Shown here piece by piece: positions 20,324-28,707 of a DNA stretch of 64,000 nt (positions are counted from its first letter, which is position 1; each line of letters starts with the position of its first letter). The translations under genes and the position numbers were made by a program. The stretch is from Gemmatimonas sp. (GTDB lineage: Bacteria > Gemmatimonadota > Gemmatimonadetes > Gemmatimonadales > Gemmatimonadaceae). The notes beneath the pieces are model-generated. The model worked only from the letters and a program-made list of their open reading frames with translations. It was not told the DNA's origin and made no database searches. The stretch covers positions 2,912,001-2,976,000 of the forward strand of contig OZ257156.1 of assembly GCA_965279375.1 (NCBI GenBank), given 5' to 3'.

Positions 20324-22330
20324 ATGCGAACCGCCCCCCGTCGCCCGCTCACGCCGCGCGAACGTCTCCGCTCTCCACGCGCCGCGCTCCCGCTGGCCGT
20401 GCTCGCTCTCGTATTGGCCGGATGCGCCGGCGCTTCCACTGGCACGGCTACTACGCCCGCGCCTGGTTCCGATCCGCGGCCGGCAGAGCGCGGCACCACC
20501 ACGACCGTCGCATCGATCAGTGCGGGACTGCCCCCGGTTCCCGTCGTGCGAGGCGCTCCACTGGATCTCCGCGTCCGCTATCCGAACGACAACCAGGTGC
20601 TCGCCACACGGGACTCCAACTTCCTGCTCGGCAGTGTCGGCTCTGGCGATGCGACGTTGAGTATCAACGGTGTCGCGGTGTCCGTCGCGCCCAACGGTGC
20701 CTTTCTCGCGTGGGTAGCCAATCCGCCTGCGGCCGCTCCGCGCTACGAAATGGTGCTCACGCGTGGCGCCGATACCGTACGACGCACGCTCAAGGTGCGC
20801 TACACCACCCGGTCACCGCTGCTCGCGACCGGCAAGCTGTCGATCGACACGGGTTCGTTGCAGCCGGTTGCACGCACGCTGGTGGGCGCCGAGGAGTTGG
20901 TTCGCGTGAGCGTGCGTGCACCGTCGAACGCCGAGCTGTGGGTGGTGGGCGCCGACAGCGCGCGGCGGCCGATGGTGCCGCTGGTGCGGCTACAAGGGAC
21001 CGCGTTGCGCGCAGCGGCCGGTCAGCGCGATCCGATCGTGGCAGCAGCGTCCGCTGCGCCCTCGAGCCCCGCCGCCGATGTTGGCGTGACGTTCGCGACC
21101 GATATCGTAGCACGTCGGTTAGCGGGCGGTGCACGCCTGCTTGCCGTGCGTGGCTCCGACACCGTGAAGTTGGCGCTTCCTGTGCAGCAGATCGTCGAGC
21201 CCGATGCGCGCCCGCTCGCGGTGCTGCGCAGCACGTCGATGGTCGGTGGCGATACGGATCGCGTCGTGAACGCGCGCACCATTCCCGATGGTACGTACAA
21301 GTGGCTGCTGCTCCCTGGCACCATTCTGGAAGTGACTGGACGACAGAATGGTTATACGCGCGTGCGACTCGACGGCGCGCTCGATGTGTGGGTGGCCAAC
21401 GAAGATCTGGTGATGCTGCCCGACGGCAGCGCCGCGCCGCGTCGCGTGACTGGGGGCATGCGTGTAACGCCGTCTGCCGACTGGGTGGACCTGACCATTG
21501 GATTGGGTGAGCGTCCGGCGTTTCTCGTGGAGCCTGACGGCAAGTCGCTCGTGCTTACGCTCTACGGCGTGCAGGCCAATCCGGAGATCTCGCCGATCAT
21601 CGGCAACGATACGCTCATTCGGCGCATCAGCTGGGATCAGGTAGGCAGCGATCGGGTGCGCGTAACGCTGACGCTTTCGCGCCCTGTGTATGGTTGGCTG
21701 TCCTTGTGGGATGAATCACGACGCGCGTTCGTGCTGCGTGTGCGTCGAATCCCCAAGATCGATCCCACGCATCCGCTGGCAGCGTTGACGATCGCGGTCG
21801 ATCCGGGTCATCCGCCCGCAGGCGCCACGGGGCCGACGGGCCTCTACGAAGGCGACGCGGTCTTTCCCGTGGGAAATCTCGTGGCCGATCTGCTGCGTGC
21901 GCGCGGTGCGAATCCGGTCATGACGCGCACGAGTCTCGCTCCCGTTGGACTTACTGAGCGCGGCGTGACGTCGCGTCGTGTGGATGCGCATGCATTCGTC
22001 TCGATTCATCTCAACGCGCTCCCGGACGGAGTGAATCCATTCACGGCCAACGGCACGAGCACGTTGTTCTATCATCAGCACAGCGAGCCTTTGGCGCGCG
22101 TGGTCGAGCGCGCACTCGTGGCCCGATTCGGTTTGCGCGATCTCGGCGTGCACTATCAGAACCTCGCCGTCGCTCGGCCGTCGTGGTATCCCGCCGTGTT
22201 GACGGAGGGGTTGTTCCTCATGTTGCCGGAACAGGAAGCGGCGATGCGTGACGTCGGTTTTCAGCGCAAGTACGCCGAAGCAATTGTGGTGGGTCTCGAA
22301 GCGTACTTCCGGGAGCTGGCGAAACAGTGA
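20324..22330 (+). CDS. N-acetylmuramoyl-L-alanine amidase (Amidase_3), lipoprotein with accessory N-terminal domains
   Basis: Lipobox LAGC; VDPGH..E, SIHLNA and AVLTEG Zn motifs; SH3/AMIN-like region upstream. Confidence 0.9.
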   Translation: MRTAPRRPLTPRERLRSPRAALPLAVLALVLAGCAGASTGTATTPAPGSDPRPAERGTTTTVASISAGLPPVPVVRGAPLDLRVRYPNDNQVLATRDSNFLLGSVGSGDATLSINGVAVSVAPNGAFLAWVANPPAAAPRYEMVLTRGADTVRRTLKVRYTTRSPLLATGKLSIDTGSLQPVARTLVGAEELVRVSVRAPSNAELWVVGADSARRPMVPLVRLQGTALRAAAGQRDPIVAAASAAPSSPAADVGVTFATDIVARRLAGGARLLAVRGSDTVKLALPVQQIVEPDARPLAVLRSTSMVGGDTDRVVNARTIPDGTYKWLLLPGTILEVTGRQNGYTRVRLDGALDVWVANEDLVMLPDGSAAPRRVTGGMRVTPSADWVDLTIGLGERPAFLVEPDGKSLVLTLYGVQANPEISPIIGNDTLIRRISWDQVGSDRVRVTLTLSRPVYGWLSLWDESRRAFVLRVRRIPKIDPTHPLAALTIAVDPGHPPAGATGPTGLYEGDAVFPVGNLVADLLRARGANPVMTRTSLAPVGLTERGVTSRRVDAHAFVSIHLNALPDGVNPFTANGTSTLFYHQHSEPLARVVERALVARFGLRDLGVHYQNLAVARPSWYPAVLTEGLFLMLPEQEAAMRDVGFQRKYAEAIVVGLEAYFRELAKQ

Positions 22331-25300
22331 GACTGTCGGCGATGCGAAGCTGTCTCTCGCGTTGTGCACTCGTCGCGTCGGGTCTGCTCGCGTGGCCGTT
22401 CGCGCTTCGCGCGCAGGTGGATCCGCGCGGAGACGTGCGTACCATCGCCACGCCACACTTTCGCGTGCACTTTCGCGCGCAGTCGAAGTCGCAGTCGAAC
22501 TCGCAGTCGAACTCTCAGTCGCCCTCGAATGGGGAGGGCGTTGCCGAGTCGCTGGCACAGCATGCAGCTGTGCTGGCGGAGCACGCCTACGCGCAGATGG
22601 CCAACGAGCTCGTTGCGCCGCGCGGCGTGATCGATCTGCTGCTGGCGGACAACGTCGATTTCAGCAACGGCTTTGCGCAGGTCTTTCCGACCAACCGCAT
22701 CGTGGTCTATGCCACACCACCGATCGCGACGCCTGAGCTTCGCTTCCACGACGACTGGTTGCGCCTCGTCATCACGCACGAACTCGCACACATCTTTCAT
22801 CTCGATCGCGCACGGGGCTTGTGGGCAGTGGGACGACATGTGTTTGGACGTATGCCGCTATTCTTTCCCAACGCGCTCACGCCAAGCTGGGTGAAGGAAG
22901 GACTGGCGGTGCACTACGAGTCGAAGCTGACCGGCAGCGGACGCGTAGTGAGCACTGAGTCGCCGTTGGTGGCGCGAGTGGCCGCACAGGAACAGGTACT
23001 GCCTACGGTCGATCGATGGAGTCTGGCGTCGTCCCGCTATCCGCGAGGGCAGACCGCATACGCGTACGGCGCCTTGTTGATGGAGCGCGCGGCGATTGCC
23101 GGCGGTGACTCCGGGATGCGGCGCTACGTGGAGACGACCGCGCGCTTTCCCGTTCCATTTCTGCTCGGTCGGGCGTCGCGCGCAGGGTTCGGCCAGTCGT
23201 TCGGCACGCTCTTCAACGCGATGCGCGATTCGCTGAGCGCTGCAGTGCGCGCGACGACGGCGTCGGCGGACCGCAGTGCTGACGCTGCGTGGCGTGTGCT
23301 CTCCACGACAGGCTTCTACGCTGAATCGCCGCGATGGATCAACGCCGACAGCGTGCTCTGGTCGGCGAGCAACGGGCGTGAGGTGACGGGGCTTTATGTC
23401 GCGGACGCATCGCGCGCAGAGGTCGGTGCCCCACAGCGCGTGGCGCGGCGCAACGCCATCGATGTCAACGTGCCCATCGCCGGCGGACGCGTGCTCTTCG
23501 CGCAGTGGGATCTGACGGATCCCTACTCGGTGCGCTCCGATCTCTATGTCGGCGAAGGTGACGCCGAGCGTCGTCTCACGCATTCGGCTCGCCTGACCCA
23601 GCCGGATGTCCGCCGTGATGGCGCCATCATCGCGGTGCAGTTGCAGGCATCCGCGTCGCGGCTCGTGCGCGTTGCGGAGAATGGCGCGATCTCGCCGTTG
23701 GTTCGCGATACGCCGCGCACCGGGACTTGGGCCGATCCGCGATGGTCACCGGATGGTGCGCGTATCGCCGCGGTGCAGCTGCTCCCCTCGGGCGAGCAGC
23801 GTATCGTCGTGTTGGACACACTGGGCGCGTTGTTGCAGGCGGTGGCTGGTGGGCGCGCCGTGTTTGCGAGTCCCTCGTTCACGCCGGATGGAGCACGGCT
23901 TGTCTGGGCGAGCGATCGCAGCGGGCGCATGCAGCTGGAGACGGCGCCGATTGCTGCGCGGGGCACTGCGGTGGACACGTCACGCTGGCGTGAGCCGCGT
24001 TCCGACGTACGGGTGGCGAGCGAGGTGAGCTCGGCGCTGTATCAGCCGAGCGTGTCGCCGGACGGCAGGCGCGTGGTGGCGATGCTCTATCGCGCGGACG
24101 GGATGCACGTGGCCGTGGCGCCGTTGGACACGTCGGGGCCTGTAGCGCAGAACAGTTGGTACGCACCGGTCAGCGCGCGCGAGGTCGCGCCACAGGCGGC
24201 CGCGTCGGGCACCGTTGCGCCGTATGGTGCGCTTCGCCAGCTGCTGCCACGGTACTGGTTGCCGTTGATCGGCGAGGGGAGGTTGGGCCAGGCGACGTAC
24301 GGCGTCTCGACGAGCAGCGTGGACATCCTTGGACGGCACGCGTGGGTGGCCGACTTGTCCGTGAATCCGACGTTGCGCGAATACGACGGCTCGGCGGCGT
24401 ACCGTTATGCGGGGCTCGGTGTGCCGGTATTCGACGCGTCGGTGTCGCAGGAATGGGATGCCACGTTCCGGATTGTGGATACCACGCGCCGAGAGTTGGG
24501 GAGCATTGCGCGTCGTCGGCGGTTTGCGACGCTGTCGAGCACGTGGTCGCGGCCGAGGGTGCGTTCGTCGGTGTCGGGGACCGTGGGTGCGCAGTTCGAG
24601 CTGCGGGATTTCACGGCGACCGTGGACTCGTTGCTGGGGGCGCCGAACGCGTTGCTGCGTCGAGGAACGCGCTATCCGCAGCTGTTCGCCAGCGGCAACT
24701 GGAGCACGCTCCGGCGCGGGGCGCTGGCCATTGCCTACGAGGAAGGCGTGGCCTTCTCGACGAGTACGTCGTATCGGTGGCGCACGGATGATCCCTCGTT
24801 GGGGTCCTGGCGATCGGTGGCGACGGGTCGCGCGTATGTGCCGCTCGACCTTCCCGGCTTCACTCGCCATGTGCTGTCTGTGCGAGGGGCGGTGGGGGTG
24901 GCAGACCGCAAGACCGCGACGGAGTTCAGCGTGGGCGGGGTGAGCGGAGTGGCGGCGGAGTTGGCGCCCGGGGTCGTGGTAGGCGATCCCGCGCGGACGT
25001 TTCCAGTTCGCGGAGTGGTTTCAGGGGTGCAGCGAGGGATCCGTGCGGTGGGCGGAAGCGTGGAGTATCGGGTGCCGGCGGTGCAGCTCCGACGAGCGCC
25101 ATCGCCGTTGACGCTGTTCGTGGACCGGCTGTCGCTATCGGTGTTTTCCGATGCCGCGCGGGCGTGGTGTCCGGCGGCGTTGGCGGCGGAGAGTGCGAGT
25201 GCGGCGGTGTGCGAGCGGCCGGGGGTTCGTGATGGGTGGATTGCGTCGGCGGGTGCGGAGCTGGTGTTCGATGTGGCGCTGCAGTACGACCTGCCGTATC

Positions 25301-25392
25301 GCTTTCGCGTTGGTGGGGCGGCGCCGTACGCCGCGCCTCGCGGGGTATCGCGTGGCGGGTCGGTGTACGTGAGTTTGGGATCATATTTCTGA
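22327..25392 (+). CDS. Outer-membrane protein: gluzincin-like peptidase domain + TolB/PD40 beta-propeller + C-terminal beta-barrel
   Basis: Signal peptide; HELAH..WVKEGLA; PRWSPDG, PSFTPDG and PSVSPDG repeats; C-terminal ..SLGSYF; GTGA overlap with the amidase. Confidence 0.8.
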   Translation: MRLSAMRSCLSRCALVASGLLAWPFALRAQVDPRGDVRTIATPHFRVHFRAQSKSQSNSQSNSQSPSNGEGVAESLAQHAAVLAEHAYAQMANELVAPRGVIDLLLADNVDFSNGFAQVFPTNRIVVYATPPIATPELRFHDDWLRLVITHELAHIFHLDRARGLWAVGRHVFGRMPLFFPNALTPSWVKEGLAVHYESKLTGSGRVVSTESPLVARVAAQEQVLPTVDRWSLASSRYPRGQTAYAYGALLMERAAIAGGDSGMRRYVETTARFPVPFLLGRASRAGFGQSFGTLFNAMRDSLSAAVRATTASADRSADAAWRVLSTTGFYAESPRWINADSVLWSASNGREVTGLYVADASRAEVGAPQRVARRNAIDVNVPIAGGRVLFAQWDLTDPYSVRSDLYVGEGDAERRLTHSARLTQPDVRRDGAIIAVQLQASASRLVRVAENGAISPLVRDTPRTGTWADPRWSPDGARIAAVQLLPSGEQRIVVLDTLGALLQAVAGGRAVFASPSFTPDGARLVWASDRSGRMQLETAPIAARGTAVDTSRWREPRSDVRVASEVSSALYQPSVSPDGRRVVAMLYRADGMHVAVAPLDTSGPVAQNSWYAPVSAREVAPQAAASGTVAPYGALRQLLPRYWLPLIGEGRLGQATYGVSTSSVDILGRHAWVADLSVNPTLREYDGSAAYRYAGLGVPVFDASVSQEWDATFRIVDTTRRELGSIARRRRFATLSSTWSRPRVRSSVSGTVGAQFELRDFTATVDSLLGAPNALLRRGTRYPQLFASGNWSTLRRGALAIAYEEGVAFSTSTSYRWRTDDPSLGSWRSVATGRAYVPLDLPGFTRHVLSVRGAVGVADRKTATEFSVGGVSGVAAELAPGVVVGDPARTFPVRGVVSGVQRGIRAVGGSVEYRVPAVQLRRAPSPLTLFVDRLSLSVFSDAARAWCPAALAAESASAAVCERPGVRDGWIASAGAELVFDVALQYDLPYRFRVGGAAPYAAPRGVSRGGSVYVSLGSYF
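22479..22521 (+). repeat. In-frame 12-bp tandem repeat (GCAGTCGAAC/GTC x ~3.5) encoding QSKSQSNSQSNSQS
   Basis: Read directly from the sequence. Confidence 0.9.
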
Positions 25393-25554
25393 CGCGTGGC
25401 GTCCGATTGGACGTGTCAGCGAGCAAATCGGTGCCGAGGATGTGATAGCAGGCAAGCGAACATTGGTGTTCCGTCATTGCGCCACTGTCACGCCGCTGAC
25501 ACTCTGTCGGATTGCTGCGCCGATAGTGCGCTAATCTGCTCTGCGATGTGCTTG

Positions 25555-25782
25555 TAAGCCGTTGTTTTACAGTGAGTTGAGTCACTGCTTCATAAGTTGC
25601 GTGAGGTGCAACGGAGTGGTGATGGAGGCAACGGCGATGTCACGGATTTATTTCCACGGCGGCACGCTGCATCACGGTGGATAACGGACCCGCGTACGCA
25701 TTTCCGTGATCTCCCTCGCGCAACCGATTGTTTTTCATTGGCTTACGAACTGACTTGCGCGGCTTCACGAACTAGGTAACCT
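25555..25782. promoter_or_regulatory. Regulatory region upstream of nrdJ: two IHF-like dyads flanking DnaA-box-like sites, plus a putative promoter
   Basis: TAAGCCGTTG-TTTTA-CAGTGAGTTG (25555-25579); CAACCGATTG-TTTTT-CATTGGCTTA (25721-25745); TTATCCACC on minus strand (25676-25684); TTGCGC-16-TAACCT (25755-25782). Confidence 0.5.
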
Positions 25783-25885
25783 ACGCGGCCCGTCGGAGTC
25801 GCATCGACGAATCGGGGACGCGCCCGATTGCCCGCCGCCGCACATTGCCCAGCCCGCCCCACGCCAACACGCAGGAGCTTCACGA

Positions 25886-28420
25886 ATGCCCTTCTCTGTC
25901 ACACCCCCGGAAGGACCAGTCACTCTTTCGAGCAATGCCCGCACGGTGCTCGAGAAGCGCTATTTGGTGAAGAACAAGGCGGGGAAACCCGTTGAGCGAC
26001 CGGAGGACATGTTCTGGCGCGTGGCGACCGTGGTGGCGGAGGCAGATCGTCGGTATGGCGCGAGCGATGGGGCGGTGCAGGCGTTGGCGGAGGAGTTCTA
26101 CTTCCTGATGACGCAGCGTCGGTTCGAGCCGAACTCACCGACGTTGATGAATGCGGGGCGTCCGTTGGGCCAGTTGAGCGCGTGCTTCGTGCTCCCGGTC
26201 GAGGATGCGTTGTCGAATGGGCAGGCGGGCATTTACGACACGTTGCGCAGCATGGCGCTCATTCATCAGTCGGGCGGCGGTACCGGCTTCTCCTTTTCGC
26301 GCTTGCGGAGCAAGGGCTCCATGGTGCGCTCGACCACTGGCGTGGCGTCGGGCCCCGTTTCGTTCATGAAGTTGTATGACGCGAGCACGGACGCGGTGAA
26401 GCAGGGCGGCACGCGTCGTGGCGCGAACATGGGCATTCTGCGGGTCGACCATCCGGATGTGATGGAGTTCATCGCGTGCAAGGAAGACCTCACGCAGATC
26501 ACGAACTTCAACATCTCGGTCGGCATCACGACCAAGTTCATGACCGCGCTCAAGGCGGACGCCACGTACGAGCTGGTGGATCCGGTGAGCAAGGAAGTGA
26601 CGGGTTCGCTCAAGGCGCGCGAAGTGTGGGACAAGATGATCCTGGGCGCGTGGCGCACGGGTGAGCCGGGCGTGTTCTTCATCGACGAAGCGAACCGCTA
26701 CAACCCGGTGCCGCATCTCGGTGCGTACGAGGCCACGAACCCGTGCGGTGAGCAGCCGTTGCTGCCGTACGACGTGTGCAACCTGGGCTCGGTGAACTGC
26801 GGTCATTATGTGGGCGCGAATGGCGTCATGGATTGGGACGCGTTCAAGCGCGACATCGCGATCAGCACGCATTTCCTCGACAACATCATCGACGTCAACA
26901 AGTACCCGCTGCCGGAGATCGATGCGCTCTCCAAGCGTATTCGTCGCATCGGCCTCGGCGTGATGGGCTTTGCGGACATGCTCGTGCGTATGGGCATTCC
27001 GTACGACAGCCTGGAAGGCGTGGAGATGGGTCGCAAGGTGATGGAGTTCGTCGACGTCGAAGGGAAGAAGGAGAGCGAGCGGCTGGCGCGTGAGCGTGGC
27101 CCGTTCCCGGAGTGGGCGCAGTCGATCTTCGGCCCGGACGAGACGTGCGCGCGCGACGAGAACGGCGAGCGCATCCGTCCGATGCAGCTGCTGCGCAATT
27201 GCAACGTGACCACCGTTGCGCCCACCGGCACCATTTCCATCATCGCCGGTTGCTCCTCTGGACTCGAGCCGCTGTTCGCGGTCGCGTTCATGCGCAATCA
27301 GGCCGGCGTGATGATGCCGGACGTGAACGAAGACTTCGTCAGCATCGCCAAGAAGGAAGGCTGGTACTCTGACGAGCTGATGGAGCGCATCGCGAAGACG
27401 GGCTCGGTCAAGCATTCGGAAGTGCCGGGCAAGTGGCAGGCGGTGTTCAACACGGCGAACAACATCTCGCCGGAATACCACATCCGCATGCAGGCGGCCT
27501 TCCAGCAGCATTGCGATTCCGCGATCTCCAAGACGACCAACTTCTCGCAGGCCGCGACGGTCGATGACGTGCGCGCGATCTACGAGATGGCGTACGATGC
27601 CAAGTGCAAGGGCGTCACCGTGTATCGCGACGGCTCGCGCGACAATCAGGTGCTGAGCACCGGTGCCACCACCGACGCAGCGGCCAAGCGCGATGGCGCG
27701 CCGGCTGATGCCAAGGCTGAAGCGGCGCTCAAGCGTGAGTTGGGCGAGCTGCAGGGCACGATCGCGGAACTGCAGAACGAACTCGACCGTGCACAGAAGG
27801 CGCTGTTCAGCGCCGAAGCGGAAAACGCATCGCGTCGCGGCAAGCGCTCGCGTCCGGACGTCCTGCGCGGCACGACGATTCGCAAGGACACACCGCTCGG
27901 TGTGATGTTCGTCAACATCACCGAAGACGAGAAGGGCCAGCCGTTCGAGCTCTTCCTCAACCTCGGCAAGGCCGGCGGCAGCGCGATGGCCGACGCCGAA
28001 GCGATCGGGCGTCTCGTGTCGCTCGCGCTGCGCAGTGGCATTCCGCTCATGGAAGTGCACCGCCAGCTCCGCGGCATCTCGTCCGACCGTGCGGTGGGCT
28101 TGGGTCCCAACAAGGTGCTCTCCATGCCCGACGCCGTCGGCATCGCCCTGGAACAGTGGTGGCGGGAGAAGCAGGGCGTCCAGCAGGACCTCCTGTCGGC
28201 AAATCAGCAGAGTCCTGTGAGCTCGCTCACGGCGCCCCAGCCGGCGGCGGCTATCGTTCCAACGTCGCGCCCGCCGCAGGGCGCGGAGCAGATGCTGTCC
28301 GAAAGCTTCAGCGCTCACGGTGAGGTGTTCATGGGAACATGCCCAGATTGCGGCAGCCAGCTCGAGTTCGCCGAAGGGTGCGTCAAGTGCCACGTGTGCG
28401 GCTTCAGCGAGTGCGGGTGA
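25886..28420 (+). CDS. nrdJ: Class II (adenosylcobalamin-dependent) ribonucleotide reductase with TSCPD-like domain and C-terminal Zn ribbon
   Basis: [86 protein letters not shown]; no beta-subunit gene adjacent. Confidence 0.95.
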   Translation: MPFSVTPPEGPVTLSSNARTVLEKRYLVKNKAGKPVERPEDMFWRVATVVAEADRRYGASDGAVQALAEEFYFLMTQRRFEPNSPTLMNAGRPLGQLSACFVLPVEDALSNGQAGIYDTLRSMALIHQSGGGTGFSFSRLRSKGSMVRSTTGVASGPVSFMKLYDASTDAVKQGGTRRGANMGILRVDHPDVMEFIACKEDLTQITNFNISVGITTKFMTALKADATYELVDPVSKEVTGSLKAREVWDKMILGAWRTGEPGVFFIDEANRYNPVPHLGAYEATNPCGEQPLLPYDVCNLGSVNCGHYVGANGVMDWDAFKRDIAISTHFLDNIIDVNKYPLPEIDALSKRIRRIGLGVMGFADMLVRMGIPYDSLEGVEMGRKVMEFVDVEGKKESERLARERGPFPEWAQSIFGPDETCARDENGERIRPMQLLRNCNVTTVAPTGTISIIAGCSSGLEPLFAVAFMRNQAGVMMPDVNEDFVSIAKKEGWYSDELMERIAKTGSVKHSEVPGKWQAVFNTANNISPEYHIRMQAAFQQHCDSAISKTTNFSQAATVDDVRAIYEMAYDAKCKGVTVYRDGSRDNQVLSTGATTDAAAKRDGAPADAKAEAALKRELGELQGTIAELQNELDRAQKALFSAEAENASRRGKRSRPDVLRGTTIRKDTPLGVMFVNITEDEKGQPFELFLNLGKAGGSAMADAEAIGRLVSLALRSGIPLMEVHRQLRGISSDRAVGLGPNKVLSMPDAVGIALEQWWREKQGVQQDLLSANQQSPVSSLTAPQPAAAIVPTSRPPQGAEQMLSESFSAHGEVFMGTCPDCGSQLEFAEGCVKCHVCGFSECG

Positions 28421-28424
28421 TCGG

Positions 28425-28523
28425 ATGACCGACCAATTCGAGGCGACGTGGCCGAGAGTGATCGAGCGGTTCTTCGCGGTGCTCCTCGCAGGAACCCTCG
28501 GCGGTGTGAGACTGTGGGGATGA
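28425..28523 (+). CDS. Possible 32-aa small membrane peptide (MTDQFEATWPRVIERFFAVLLAGTLGGVRLWG)
   Basis: ATG 4 nt after the nrdJ stop, hydrophobic C-terminal half, ends just before the terminator. Confidence 0.3.
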   Translation: MTDQFEATWPRVIERFFAVLLAGTLGGVRLWG

Positions 28524-28536
28524 ATCAGGCATAACG

Positions 28537-28577
28537 AAACGGGGCGGCTTCTCTCACGAGAGGCCGCCCCGTTTTTG
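28537..28577 (+). terminator. Rho-independent terminator of the nrdJ transcript
   Basis: AAACGGGGCGGCTTCTC-TCAC-GAGAGGCCGCCCCGTTTTT: GC-rich stem followed by a U tract. Confidence 0.9.
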
Positions 28578-28707
28578 CTTTCGGACGAGGCCTCCGACGA
28601 ATTCGCTTGCGGTCGCTCGCGGCGAACGGCAGACTCTCGACGTACCGACGAGGCCGTCGCGGAGTGCGACGGACCTTGATTCGACCCTGCACGCCCCCGG
28701 AGCACAC

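Noticed and set aside
25555..25745. Chromosomal replication origin (oriC)
   Set aside because: Only one near-consensus DnaA box, no clear AT-rich unwinding element, and no dnaA/dnaN/gidA/parAB nearby; kept only as a regulatory-site hypothesis
25393..25885. Cobalamin riboswitch or NrdR box upstream of nrdJ
   Set aside because: A lone GCCACTG is present, but the other conserved riboswitch elements are not found in order; no acaCwAtATaTwGtg-like palindrome seen
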